From contig JAUQPR010000003.1 in the NCBI GenBank assembly GCA_030550275.1, positions 69,571 through 133,570 on the forward strand: a stretch of DNA of 64,000 nt, in the 5' to 3' direction. The notes below the pieces were generated by a model that was given only the letters and a program-made list of their open reading frames with translations, did not search any database and was not told the origin of the DNA. The DNA comes from Bacteroidota bacterium. GTDB taxonomy: Bacteria > Bacteroidota > Ignavibacteria > Kapaibacteriales > HRBIN21. How positions within the stretch are numbered: the stretch's first letter is position 1; each line of letters starts with the position of its first letter. Positions 55,299 to 64,000 of the stretch are shown one piece after another. A program made the position numbers and the translations under genes.

Positions 55299-55892
55299 TC
55301 AGCGGCGGGGGCGCAGCAACAGCGTGGCGCGGACCGTGAGGAGACGGGGCTTGCGATCATCCCGCAGCACGACAAGCTCCCACTGCAGGCGCCACTGCGG
55401 CGGAGCAGAGGACCAGCGCTCTAGGACGAGCTGTATTCGGGCATTCGCCATAGGCATCCCTGGACGCCAGCGCCAGCTTCGGGATACGGTGCCGTCGTCG
55501 AGCCGCTCCTGGAGGTCCAGCTGCAGCCCATCGAGCACCTCCGCTCCACTGCGGCGTCCGCCGGGCAAGCGAGCGATGAGCAGCTCAAGCGAATCCAGCA
55601 CGACCGGAGCAACGACTGGCTCGCTCCGTCGCAACAGGATGCGCGCCCGCAGACGCTCTCCGGCGCCTGTATCAATCTGAGCAGTGCTCAGCTCCACTTG
55701 GTATGCTGCCGTCCGGAAGGTATCGTCCCCGCTGGTGACCTCCACGGTGACCTCCCGCTCAATGAGCTCCAGCGGCGTCTGAGTCTGCGTTGGCACCGTT
55801 TCGCGCTCCGTGGGAAGGTCCACAGGCGAGACACAGCCCCACAGGAGCAGGCTCAACGGGAGAGCCACCTTACCGAGAGAACGCCATGCCAT
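55299..55892 (-). CDS. Lipoprotein of unknown function (third gene of the ECF sigma / anti-sigma operon)
   Basis: ORF 55299..56213 trimmed to M108 (MAWRSLGKVALPLSLLLWGCVSP lipobox). The upstream part overlaps the anti-sigma CDS in another frame. Coordinates are approximate to within +/-1. Confidence 0.45.
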   Translation of the reverse strand: MAWRSLGKVALPLSLLLWGCVSPVDLPTERETVPTQTQTPLELIEREVTVEVTSGDDTFRTAAYQVELSTAQIDTGAGERLRARILLRRSEPVVAPVVLDSLELLIARLPGGRRSGAEVLDGLQLDLQERLDDGTVSRSWRWRPGMPMANARIQLVLERWSSAPPQWRLQWELVVLRDDRKPRLLTVRATLLLRPRR

Positions 55893-56934
55893 AGCTGATC
55901 CCCAGTTTCCGTGTGCTGAACCACTGCCCTTCGAAGCGGTACAGCAGGAGCGTGCCCTCCAGCCCGATGCGGAGCTGGGAGCGCTCCCCGAGCCGGATTG
56001 CGCTTCCCACCCAGGCTTTCCCAACGGGACCGACAACCGTGCCGCCGAGGAGGGTATGCAGGAAGGGCACAACGGATGCCTCCGCCGAGGGCTCCCAATG
56101 ATGGGCAAGCCCAACCCACAGGAGTGTGGGGCGCTGGCGGTATTGCAGCCCGGTGCGCTCACTGGAGAAGACCTGTGGGAAGTCCTCGCTGCCGGCTTCG
56201 AGGGCAATTGCATGGGCTGTGCTCAGGGGCTGCTCCACGCTCAGGCACAGATTCCGCACGCCGGAGCTCTGCATGGGAAGTGTTGCCTCCGGGCTACTCT
56301 GCTGCCACAGCCCCAGGAAGCGGATCCCCACGCGCAGGGGCAATCCCGGAGATACCGGAAGCTGGATGCTCTCCGGCAATGTAGCAGGAGACGCCTCGGT
56401 AGGACTGGGCTGCGGCGGTGTGAACGTAGCTATGGGCGATTCCTGTGGGGGCACCGGCTGTACAACGGCTGCAGGTGGCTCCGATAGACTCGGCTGTGGA
56501 GCGGTGCTCGGTGGAGCGATGGGGATGCGCAGAGCAGGTAGTGCTGCGGGGGCGCGCATGGGGAGCGCCATCTCAAGCACTGCAGGGGAGGGTTGCGGCG
56601 ATGAGCTCGCAGAGGGCTCCGGCGTGCGCAAGAAGAGGAGCGCTCCCAGGGCAAAGCCCAGCAGCGCCGAACCAATGGCGATGGCGCCGGTTTGCCAGCG
56701 TTGGCGAATGCCCTGCTCGGCGAATCCCAAGCGCTGGAAGAGCTGCTGCTCAAGCTGCGCTGGGATGGAGGGCTGCTCCCGCACGAGAGCGCGCTGGACG
56801 AGGATGAGCTGCCGGAGGGCGGCTCGTAGTTCAGCATCGGCTGCAAGGGCGTAGAAGAGCCCCTCTTCTGCCTCTGCCGGGAGCTCCCCATCGAGCAGTT
56901 CGTGCAGGCGCTGGAGATATTCGGCGGAGGTCAT
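55870..56934 (-). CDS. Membrane-anchored anti-sigma factor (putative), with Pro-rich periplasmic linker and C-terminal beta-rich domain
   Basis: Immediately downstream of and overlapping the ECF sigma gene. N-terminal cytoplasmic helix (YLQRLHELLDGELPAEAEEGLFYALAADAELRAAL), one TM (AIAIGSALLGFALGALLFL), then a P/S/A-rich linker. Confidence 0.5.
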   Translation of the reverse strand: MTSAEYLQRLHELLDGELPAEAEEGLFYALAADAELRAALRQLILVQRALVREQPSIPAQLEQQLFQRLGFAEQGIRQRWQTGAIAIGSALLGFALGALLFLRTPEPSASSSPQPSPAVLEMALPMRAPAALPALRIPIAPPSTAPQPSLSEPPAAVVQPVPPQESPIATFTPPQPSPTEASPATLPESIQLPVSPGLPLRVGIRFLGLWQQSSPEATLPMQSSGVRNLCLSVEQPLSTAHAIALEAGSEDFPQVFSSERTGLQYRQRPTLLWVGLAHHWEPSAEASVVPFLHTLLGGTVVGPVGKAWVGSAIRLGERSQLRIGLEGTLLLYRFEGQWFSTRKLGISYGMAFSR

Positions 56935-57563
56935 GGCTCCCTCTGGGCTGAGCTAGACTGCCGGTAGTGTTGTAGCTCCTCGATGTAGGGCGCCAGGAGC
57001 TGGCGCAGCTTCTCTTTGGCTCGGAAGACGCGCACCTTGACGGCGCTCTCGCTGGCTCCGACGATGTGCGCGATTTCGGCGTAGGAGAGCCCAATCTGTT
57101 CGCGCAGGACGAGCGCTTCGCGGTACTCCGGAGGTAGTTGTGCCAGCGCACGGTGAAGGATGGTGCTCAACTCCGCCCGCTCGAGCTGATGCTCTGGAGA
57201 GGAGGATGTCGGCGGCGTATGGAGCTCCTCTTCGAACTCGGTGGTCGGGTGATGGTCCCGCAGAAAGTTGAAGCACAGGTTCCGTGCAATGCGCAGCAGG
57301 AATGCCGGCACATTGGTCATTGTGCGTTCCTGCTGAGCACTTTGCCAGAAGCGCAGGAAGGTCTCCTGGAACACGTCCTGTGCGTCCTGCCGATTGCCCA
57401 AGATGCGGGCGCAGTAGCTGTAAACCCGCTGGCTGTATCGGGCGTAGAGTTCGTGGAACGCAGCTTCGGCACGCTGGCGGTTTGGCGAGCCCATCAGAGC
57501 AAAGAGTTCCTCATCGCTACAGTTGGCAAGCGGGCGCTTCATGCCGCGCGTAATAACCCACAC
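56931..57563 (-). CDS. RNA polymerase sigma-70 factor, ECF subfamily
   Basis: Region 2 (DAQDVFQETFLRFWQ.., LLRIARNLCFNFLRDHH) and region 4 HTH (LPPEYREALVLREQIGLSYAEIAHIVGASESAVKVRVFRAKEKLR). The start may be M8 (57542). Confidence 0.85.
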   Translation of the reverse strand: MWVITRGMKRPLANCSDEELFALMGSPNRQRAEAAFHELYARYSQRVYSYCARILGNRQDAQDVFQETFLRFWQSAQQERTMTNVPAFLLRIARNLCFNFLRDHHPTTEFEEELHTPPTSSSPEHQLERAELSTILHRALAQLPPEYREALVLREQIGLSYAEIAHIVGASESAVKVRVFRAKEKLRQLLAPYIEELQHYRQSSSAQREP

Positions 57564-57651
57564 CGAGGGGCTTGGTTACGCAAGATAGCGCTTTCCCGGC
57601 ACGTGGAGCCATCGCTGTAATTTTGAGAACTTTTCCAGGCGCACCGAACCG

Positions 57652-58848
57652 ATGCAGCGGCTGCCGAACCTGGTGTGGCTTTTGGGCTGGATCAGCCTGT
57701 GCACGGATTTCGCCAGCGAGATGCTCTACCCCGTTGTGCCGCTCTTTTTGGTGCATGGACTTGGGGCGTCGCCGGTCGTGCTCGGGATTATCGAGGGGAG
57801 CTCGGAGGCGCTTGTGGGGCTTCTCAAGGGCGTGATTGGGCGGTGGTCCGATCGGGTTGGACGTCGGCGCGAATTCGTCATCGCGGGGTATACGCTTTCA
57901 GGGCTTGTCAAACCCATCCCTGCAGTGTTGCCGGTATGGTGGAGCGTGTTCGGGGGGAAGCTACTGGACCGGCTGGGCAAAGCGCTGCGGACGGCGCCGC
58001 GGGATGCCCTGCTGGCAGCGGTGGCTCCGGAGGGGCAGCGCGGACGCGTCTTTGGATTCCACCGTTCGATGGATACGTGGGGCGCCGTGCTTGGACCCTT
58101 GGCAGCATTGGGGTGGCTCGGCTGGATGCCCGGGGCGTATCGGGAGCTGTTCGCCTTGACCCTTGTGCCCTCGGTAGTAGCGATTGTGCTGAGCTGGCGG
58201 ATTCGCGAACCTCGTGTGGGCACACCGAGCCGTGCTTCGGCGACGCCGGAGCGCTCTGCGACCAGGATGCGGCTTCCCGGCTCTGTATACCGCGCGCTTC
58301 TCTTCTGGGGAGCGTTCGCGATCGGATTCCCCGGGATGGCGTTTGTGGTGTTGAGATTGCGTGAGTTCGGCAACGATCTCTTCGCGCTGGGGGCGTACAC
58401 TGGATATAACCTGCTCTACGCGGTAGCGGCAGCGCCGATGGGGCGGCTCTCTGACCGGTTTGGACGGCGGGCGGTGCTGCAATTGGGTGTGCTGCTGTGC
58501 GCGGTCGCATGTGCTGTGCTGGCAATTGGGAGAAGCGCAGTCATTGCACCTCTGGCGGTTGTGGGGTTGGGGGTGGGCATGGCAGCGCTGGAGACGGCTT
58601 CGCGCGCCTGGATCGCCGATATCACCACCGCTGAGGTGCGGGGAACGGCGTTGGGGCTCTACGCTACTGTGGGGAGCATCGCCGCATTCGGGGCAGCGCT
58701 CTGGGCGGGATGGCTGTGGGAGCACTTCGGAGCGGCGGCGCCCTTCCTCTGGGCGCTGGGATGCAGTGGTTGTGCGTTCGCGCTCCTGTGGCGGGTTCCA
58801 CCGGCGGAGGAGAGCCATGCTCAAGGAATTGCTCAAGCCCGAGATTGA
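57652..58848 (+). CDS. MFS transporter
   Basis: Twelve predicted helices. MFS loop motif GRWSDRVGRRREFVIAG between TM2 and TM3, repeated as GRLSDRFGRRAVLQLG in the second half. Confidence 0.8.
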   Translation: MQRLPNLVWLLGWISLCTDFASEMLYPVVPLFLVHGLGASPVVLGIIEGSSEALVGLLKGVIGRWSDRVGRRREFVIAGYTLSGLVKPIPAVLPVWWSVFGGKLLDRLGKALRTAPRDALLAAVAPEGQRGRVFGFHRSMDTWGAVLGPLAALGWLGWMPGAYRELFALTLVPSVVAIVLSWRIREPRVGTPSRASATPERSATRMRLPGSVYRALLFWGAFAIGFPGMAFVVLRLREFGNDLFALGAYTGYNLLYAVAAAPMGRLSDRFGRRAVLQLGVLLCAVACAVLAIGRSAVIAPLAVVGLGVGMAALETASRAWIADITTAEVRGTALGLYATVGSIAAFGAALWAGWLWEHFGAAAPFLWALGCSGCAFALLWRVPPAEESHAQGIAQARD

Positions 58849-60163
58849 GGAGCTCCTGCGTGAGCGCCGCTGGAGCGAGCTGCGGGAAGCCCTGGCGGAT
58901 TGGCAGGCTCCGGAGATCGCCGAGCTGCTTTTGGAGCTGGACAAAGCCGATCGCATCATCCTCTTCCGGGCGCTCCCGCGCTGGATTGCCGCAGAGGTCT
59001 TCTCCTACCTGGAGCCAGCACAGCAGGATGCATTGCTGCGGGAGCTCACCGACCAGGAGACCCGAGAGCTCCTGCGCCAGCTCAGCCCAGACGATCGCAC
59101 GGCACTCCTGGAGGAGATGCCCGCCGAGGTTACCCGCCGCCTGCTAACGCTGCTCAAGCCCGAAGACTTCCGCGAAGCCAGCTTCCTGCTGGGCTTCCCC
59201 GAGCAGAGCGTCGGGCGCTTGATGACCCCGGAATTCGTGGCACTGCTCCCCTATTGGACCGTCAGAGAGGCACTCGAGTACCTGCGCCGCTATGGACGCG
59301 ACAGCGAGACGCTCAACCACCTCTACGTCACCGATGACGAGGGGCACCTGCTCGGCGAGGTCCCACTGCGCACGTTGGTCCTTGCCCCCGAGCATGCCGT
59401 CATCGCGGATGTGATGAACTACTCGGTCGTGAGCCTCTCTGCTTTCGAGGACCGCGAGACCGCCGTGCACATGATGCAGAAGTACGACCTTTCGGTCTTG
59501 CCGGTGGTGGATTCCGACGGCGTGCTGCTGGGCATCGTGACCTTCGATGATGTCATGGACGTCTCGGTCGAGGAGGTGACCGAGGACTTCCAAAAGATTG
59601 CTGCTGTAGCCCCCATCGAGTTCCCGTACCGCGAGGCATCGGTCTGGCATCTCTGGAAGCGCCGAGTGGGATGGCTGTTGCTGCTCCTGGTGTCGGACTT
59701 CCTCACCTCCACGGTGATCGCCACGTATGAGGGGGCGATTCAGCGCATCATCGAGCTGAGCTTCTTCATCCCGGTGGTCATCGGTACGGGGGGCAACGTT
59801 GCGACGCAGTCGGCAACGATTATCGTGCGTGCGTTGGCGCTGCGGGAGATCGTGCCGCGGGATTGGCTGCGGGTGTTCTTCAAGGAACTTGCCGTTGGAG
59901 CTGCTCTGGGCAGTGCGCTGGCGCTGGTGGTGTGGCTGCGAGGCTTCTTCTGGCGGGGCGGACCCGAGGTAGCGCTCGTTGTGGGCATGAGCATGCTGTT
60001 TGTGACGATTTGGTCCAATCTCGTCGCCTCCGTCTTCCCCGTCCTTGCCAAGCGCGTGGGAATAGACCCGGCGCTCATCTCCGGTCCGTTCCTGACGACC
60101 TTCATTGACGTCACGGGGTTGCTGATCTACTTCAACGTGGCTGAGTGGTTGCTGCTGAGGTAG
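58817..60163 (+). CDS. mgtE: Magnesium transporter MgtE
   Basis: ORF 58460..60163 trimmed to ATG 58817 ([22 protein letters not shown]). MgtE N-domain, tandem CBS ([21 protein letters not shown].., [26 protein letters not shown]), and membrane domain ([20 protein letters not shown]). Confidence 0.88.
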   Translation: MLKELLKPEIEELLRERRWSELREALADWQAPEIAELLLELDKADRIILFRALPRWIAAEVFSYLEPAQQDALLRELTDQETRELLRQLSPDDRTALLEEMPAEVTRRLLTLLKPEDFREASFLLGFPEQSVGRLMTPEFVALLPYWTVREALEYLRRYGRDSETLNHLYVTDDEGHLLGEVPLRTLVLAPEHAVIADVMNYSVVSLSAFEDRETAVHMMQKYDLSVLPVVDSDGVLLGIVTFDDVMDVSVEEVTEDFQKIAAVAPIEFPYREASVWHLWKRRVGWLLLLLVSDFLTSTVIATYEGAIQRIIELSFFIPVVIGTGGNVATQSATIIVRALALREIVPRDWLRVFFKELAVGAALGSALALVVWLRGFFWRGGPEVALVVGMSMLFVTIWSNLVASVFPVLAKRVGIDPALISGPFLTTFIDVTGLLIYFNVAEWLLLR

Positions 60164-60168
60164 TGGAG

Positions 60169-61128
60169 ATGCCGTCTGTGCATACACTCCGGCGGGTGGT
60201 CATCACGGGTGGAGCAGGATTCTTGGGGTCGCACCTCTGCGACCGCTTCGTGGCGGAGGGGTACGAGGTGGTCTGCATTGACAATTTGCTGACCGGCTCG
60301 GTGGACAACATCGCCCACCTGTTGGGGCACCGGCGATTCCGCTTTGTGCACTACGACGTGACGAACTACCTCTACGTCGAGGGCGAGCTCTTTGCGGTGT
60401 TGCACTTTGCTTCGCCGGCTTCCCCGAAGGACTACCAGATGCACCCCATTCACACGCTCAAGGTGGGCTCGTTGGGAACCCACAAGGCGTTGGGGTTGGC
60501 AAAAGCCAAGGGAGCCCGCTTCCTGCTTGCCAGCACCAGCGAGGTTTACGGCGACCCATTGGTGCACCCGCAGCCGGAGGAGTACTGGGGAAATGTCAAT
60601 CCCATCGGGGTGCGTGGAGTCTACGACGAAGCAAAGCGCTTCGCCGAAGCGATGACGATGGCGTACCACCGCTACCACGGGCTCCAGACGCGGATTGCGC
60701 GGATCTTCAACACCTACGGACCGCGCATGCGCATGGATGATGGGCGGGCAATCCCGACCTTTATCGTGCAGGCGTTGCGGGGAGAGCCCTTGACAGTCTA
60801 CGGCGATGGGCGGCAGACCCGCTCGGTCTGCTACGTGGACGATATGGTCGAGGGGCTCTACCGGCTGCTGCTGTCGGAGGTTGTCGAACCGGTCAATTTG
60901 GGCAATCCGGACGAGGTCTCCGTGCTGCAGCTTGCCGAGGAGATTCGACAGCTTGTGGGGGCGAACAGCCCGATTGTGTTCGAGCCGTTGCCGCAGGACG
61001 ATCCCCGCGTGCGTCGCCCCGATATTCGCCGGGCTCAGGAGCTATTGGGCTGGGAGCCGACAGTGGAGCGCCGAGAGGGCTTGCTGCGGACGATAGCGGA
61101 TTTCCGCAAGCGGCTGGGGTGTTGCTGA
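60169..61128 (+). CDS. uxs: UDP-glucuronate decarboxylase (UDP-xylose synthase) / NAD-dependent epimerase-dehydratase family
   Basis: ATG at 60169 ([27 protein letters not shown]). Motifs [10 protein letters not shown] and [20 protein letters not shown] (catalytic YxxxK). Overall UXS-like layout. Confidence 0.75.
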   Translation: MPSVHTLRRVVITGGAGFLGSHLCDRFVAEGYEVVCIDNLLTGSVDNIAHLLGHRRFRFVHYDVTNYLYVEGELFAVLHFASPASPKDYQMHPIHTLKVGSLGTHKALGLAKAKGARFLLASTSEVYGDPLVHPQPEEYWGNVNPIGVRGVYDEAKRFAEAMTMAYHRYHGLQTRIARIFNTYGPRMRMDDGRAIPTFIVQALRGEPLTVYGDGRQTRSVCYVDDMVEGLYRLLLSEVVEPVNLGNPDEVSVLQLAEEIRQLVGANSPIVFEPLPQDDPRVRRPDIRRAQELLGWEPTVERREGLLRTIADFRKRLGCC

Positions 61129-61174
61129 AGTGGCAAAAGCCCTATTTTCGTGCCAAAACTCCTCGGGCTGGTGC

Positions 61175-62200
61175 ATGGCGGAGCGGAATCCATTGCTGCG
61201 ACCGGAGCGCATGGCAGAGGATGTCGAAGAGGCGCAACTGCGCCCACGCTCCTTTGCCGAGTTCATCGGGCAGCGCAGCGTTGTGGAGAATCTCAAGGTC
61301 TTTGTCGCAGCGGCTCGGCAGCGCGGCGAGGCGCTCGACCACGTGCTGCTGACCGGTCCGCCAGGGCTGGGCAAGACGACGCTGGCAACGATCATTGCCC
61401 GCGAGATGGGCGCAGAATTCCGCATGGTCTCCGGTCCGGTGTTGGAGCGCCCGGGGGACCTGGCGGGGCTGCTGACCACGTTGCCCGAGGGCGCCGTCGT
61501 GCTCATTGATGAGATCCATCGCCTTTCCCCCAGCGTCGAGGAGTACCTGTACGCGGCGATGGAGGATTTCCGGCTCGACATTGTGATCGACTCCGGTCCG
61601 GCGGCGCGTTCGGTGCAGTTGCGATTGCCCCGCTTTACGCTCGTGGGTGCCACCACACGGCAAGGGCTGCTGAGCGCTCCCCTGCGGTCGCGCTTCGGGA
61701 TCGCGGCACGGCTGGACTACTACGGGACCGAAGAGCTGTGCGCCATTGTGCACCGCACGGCGGCGATCCTCGGCGTGCCCATTGTGCAGGAGGCTGCCTG
61801 GGAGATTGCCCGACGCGCCCGAGGTACTCCCCGCATCGCCAATCGCTTGCTGCGCCGCACCCGAGATTTCGCCCAGGTCAAGGGCGATGGCACCATCACC
61901 CTCCCCATTGCCCAAATGGCACTGCAGGCGCTGGAGGTGGATGAGTTCGGGCTGGACGAGATGGACAAGCGCATCCTGCTGACCATCATTGACAAGTTCG
62001 GTGGAGGACCCGTTGGGCTCAACACCATCGCCGTCGCCGTCGGCGAGGAACCCGATACGCTGGAGGAGGTCTACGAGCCCTTCCTCATCCAGCAGGGGTT
62101 GCTGCGGCGAACTCCTCGAGGGCGGGAGGCGACCGAGCTTGCCTACAGACATCTCCAGCGCGAGCTGAACTCAACGTCCTCGCAACCGCGGCTGTTCTGA
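61175..62200 (+). CDS. ruvB: Holliday junction branch migration helicase RuvB
   Basis: ATG at 61175 ([11 protein letters not shown]..). [12 protein letters not shown], Walker [12 protein letters not shown], Walker [10 protein letters not shown], sensor [17 protein letters not shown], and winged-helix tail. Confidence 0.92.
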   Translation: MAERNPLLRPERMAEDVEEAQLRPRSFAEFIGQRSVVENLKVFVAAARQRGEALDHVLLTGPPGLGKTTLATIIAREMGAEFRMVSGPVLERPGDLAGLLTTLPEGAVVLIDEIHRLSPSVEEYLYAAMEDFRLDIVIDSGPAARSVQLRLPRFTLVGATTRQGLLSAPLRSRFGIAARLDYYGTEELCAIVHRTAAILGVPIVQEAAWEIARRARGTPRIANRLLRRTRDFAQVKGDGTITLPIAQMALQALEVDEFGLDEMDKRILLTIIDKFGGGPVGLNTIAVAVGEEPDTLEEVYEPFLIQQGLLRRTPRGREATELAYRHLQRELNSTSSQPRLF

Positions 62201-62202
62201 GC

Positions 62203-63348
62203 ATGCTGAGCGTTTGGGAACAGCATGAGCTCCTGCATGCCGATGTGGTCATCGTCGGCGGCGGGGTGGTGGGGATGTGGAGCGCTCTGGAGATTGCACG
62301 GCGCCATCCCCGGCTGCGGATCCTCCTGCTGGAGCGCGCCCCGATTCCGTTGGGCGCAAGCACCCGGAACGCCGGCTTTGCCACGATTGGCACCGTAGGG
62401 GAGGCAATAGAGCATGCCCGCTCCGCTGGCACCGAGCGCGTGGCAATGCTCATGGTGGAGCGCTGGCTGGGAATCCGCCGTTGGCTGGAGGAGTTCGACC
62501 CCGAGGAGTTGGGCTACGAGCCCGTCGGAGGCTACGAGCTGATACGCCCGCACGAGGAGCACGTGCGCCACGCCGTTGACTATTGGAATGAGCTGCTGCG
62601 CGACTCCTTCGGCGGGGATGTCTTCGCCGATCGCCCTGAGCTGGTGGCAGAATTTGGGTTCCCACGCGAGCAGGTGCAGACAATTCTTGCCACACCCTAC
62701 GACGGGGCATTGCACACGGGGAGGGCGATCCGGGCACTGCAACTGCGCATCGCACGCATGGGGATCTGGACCATGAGTGGAGCACGAGCGGAAGCGCTCG
62801 AGCCCGCTTCAAGCGGCGTAACGCTGACCTGCTGGGATAGCGCTGCACAGCGGACGCTGACGCTGCGGGCGCGCGTGGTTGCCCTTTGCACCAATGCCTG
62901 GTTGCCGGAGCTGGTGCCGAATTTGGAGATCCGCCCGGCGCGGGGACAAGTTCTGCTGAGCATCCCCTTAGGGCGGCAGTTGTGGTGCGGGACCTTCCAC
63001 ATGGAGGCGGGGTTTTACTACTTCCGTGCGCTCGGGACGCGTCTGCTGCTGGGCGGAGGACGCCACCGGGCAATGCAGGAGGAGGAGACCTACGAGTTCG
63101 CGCTCAATCCCTTTGTGCAGAAGCACCTGGAGGAGCTTGCCCGCAGCCTGCTCCCACCGGATGTGGAGTTTGCCGTGCAGACTCGTTGGTGCGGCATCAT
63201 GGGGATGGCACCGGACCGGCTCCCACGGGTGCAGCATGTGGGGGAGCGCACGGTGGTGGGATTCGGGTGCAACGGCATGGGTATGGCGCTTGCCCCGCGC
63301 ATTGGGGCGCAGGTGGCAACCTTGGTGGAGGAGTGGCTGGCGGCTTGA
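62203..63348 (+). CDS. FAD-dependent oxidoreductase (DAO family; glycine/D-amino-acid oxidase-like)
   Basis: N-terminal dinucleotide-binding DVVIVGGGVVGMWSALEIA. DAO-family core. C-terminal G-x-GxxG-type motif (VVGFGCNGMGMALAP). Confidence 0.7.
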   Translation: MLSVWEQHELLHADVVIVGGGVVGMWSALEIARRHPRLRILLLERAPIPLGASTRNAGFATIGTVGEAIEHARSAGTERVAMLMVERWLGIRRWLEEFDPEELGYEPVGGYELIRPHEEHVRHAVDYWNELLRDSFGGDVFADRPELVAEFGFPREQVQTILATPYDGALHTGRAIRALQLRIARMGIWTMSGARAEALEPASSGVTLTCWDSAAQRTLTLRARVVALCTNAWLPELVPNLEIRPARGQVLLSIPLGRQLWCGTFHMEAGFYYFRALGTRLLLGGGRHRAMQEEETYEFALNPFVQKHLEELARSLLPPDVEFAVQTRWCGIMGMAPDRLPRVQHVGERTVVGFGCNGMGMALAPRIGAQVATLVEEWLAA

Positions 63349-63392
63349 GTGCCCCTGTATGTTGCGGCAAGTCCGTAAAATTGCACCCAAAC

Positions 63393-63465
63393 GCCAACGT
63401 AGCTCAGCTGGTAGAGCAGCTCACTCGTAATGAGCAGGTCGGGGGTTCGAATCCCCCCGTTGGCT
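63393..63465 (+). tRNA. tRNA-Thr (anticodon CGT); CCA not encoded
   Basis: Acceptor GCCAACG/CGTTGGC, D-arm GCTC..GAGC, anticodon stem GCTCA/TGAGC with loop CTCGTAA, T-arm GGGGG-TTCGAAT-CCCCC, discriminator T. The 3' flank is CAT. Confidence 0.85.
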
Positions 63466-63477
63466 CATCTCCCCGCG

Positions 63478-64000
63478 TCATGGTTGCTCCTCTGGGCGTG
63501 CTGCTGCGGCTTTGCGGAGGCGGTCCATCAGCGCAGCATTGCGTTGCACTTCTGGAGTGCACACGACCACGATGGAGCGAATCCCTGCTCGATCGGCGGC
63601 GCGGAACTCTGCGTAGAGCGTTTCTGCGCGCAGGGGGCGAAGGGGAAGCTTGAGGGGAAACGGCGCCGCCTCAGGCGCCAGGACAATGCTGGAGGTGAGG
63701 GGCTCGGTGCGGAGCACATGCTGCAGCTCCTCCCACGAGAACACCAGCAGCACGCGGGCATTGGGAGCGTAGTGGCGATACTTCATCCCCGGTGAAGGGG
63801 TGGCGGCAAGTTCCTCACCCTGCCAGTAGGTCACGGGCTCTCCAAGGACGCGCGCAAGCTGCTCAGCGGTGATCGCCCCTGGGCGAAGGATGACCGGGGG
63901 CGAGCTCAGCAGGTTGACCACCGTTGACTCCAGCCCAATCTCGCAGGCACCTCCGTCCACCACGGCGGCGATGGCACCATCGAGATCCTCCAGGACATGC
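63478..64000 (-). CDS. L-threonylcarbamoyladenylate synthase (Sua5/YwlC family), C-terminal part (5' end lies beyond the window edge)
   Basis: The reading frame stays open to base 64000. ...GACEIGLESTVVNLLSSPPVILRPGAITAEQL is the end of the YrdC domain plus the Sua5 C-terminal domain. Stop at 63478. Confidence 0.7.
   Translation of the reverse strand, partial: HVLEDLDGAIAAVVDGGACEIGLESTVVNLLSSPPVILRPGAITAEQLARVLGEPVTYWQGEELAATPSPGMKYRHYAPNARVLLVFSWEELQHVLRTEPLTSSIVLAPEAAPFPLKLPLRPLRAETLYAEFRAADRAGIRSIVVVCTPEVQRNAALMDRLRKAAAARPEEQP

Noticed and set aside
1-64000. CRISPR arrays, transposases, integrases, phage or plasmid genes
   Set aside because: No spacer-repeat periodicity and no recombinase or transposase-like translations in any frame. 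The regions flanking both tRNAs contain ordinary chromosomal genes (trpS, ECF module, FAD oxidoreductase, sua5).

Overview
This is a 64-kb, roughly 65-66% GC, densely packed bacterial chromosomal segment. Genes frequently overlap by 1-4 nt, including eight ATGA/TAATG start-stop overlaps. I recognise about 56 protein genes and two tRNAs: Val-CAC on the minus strand and Thr-CGT on the plus strand. Neither tRNA encodes its CCA tail. No CRISPR array, transposase, integrase or prophage signal is visible. The gene content mixes housekeeping genes with accessory ones. Housekeeping genes are clpX (3' part), metK-ahcY, serS, pyk, trpS, ruvB, rsmG, cdsA, gcvPA, ftsB, cca, a split transketolase and sua5 (3' part). 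Two proteins end in unmistakable type-IX-secretion (T9SS) C-terminal sorting domains: a 1556-aa protein built of SBBP beta-propeller repeats plus nine Ig-like repeats, and an M14 carboxypeptidase. The segment also carries a flagellar hook module (fliK-flgD-flgE) and chemotaxis/sigma-54 signalling genes (cheR, an NtrC-type regulator, a PAS histidine kinase). T9SS cargo together with flagella at high GC points to an FCB-group organism, Rhodothermota- or Gemmatimonadota-like; this is inference only. The most striking non-coding feature is a 240-bp array of ten DnaA-box-like 9-mers (TT[A/T]TCCACA) at 36781-37016. It lies between serS and an operon that fuses DUF1684/lipoprotein genes to fliK-flgD-flgE, and is a candidate oriC or DnaA-controlled promoter. 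Other notable loci: a compact six-gene operon ybdK-DUF58-PAS kinase-sigma54 regulator-DUF342(FapA-like)-cheR (6205-12667), possibly a FlrB/FlrC-like flagellar regulatory module; the giant T9SS cargo translationally coupled to a small outer-membrane beta-barrel and a 435-aa exported protein; a lipoprotein gene inserted between the two transketolase subunit genes; and a FemAB-like/GT4/EamA envelope-modification cluster. All calls rest on reading the translations and motifs by eye. No database search was run.
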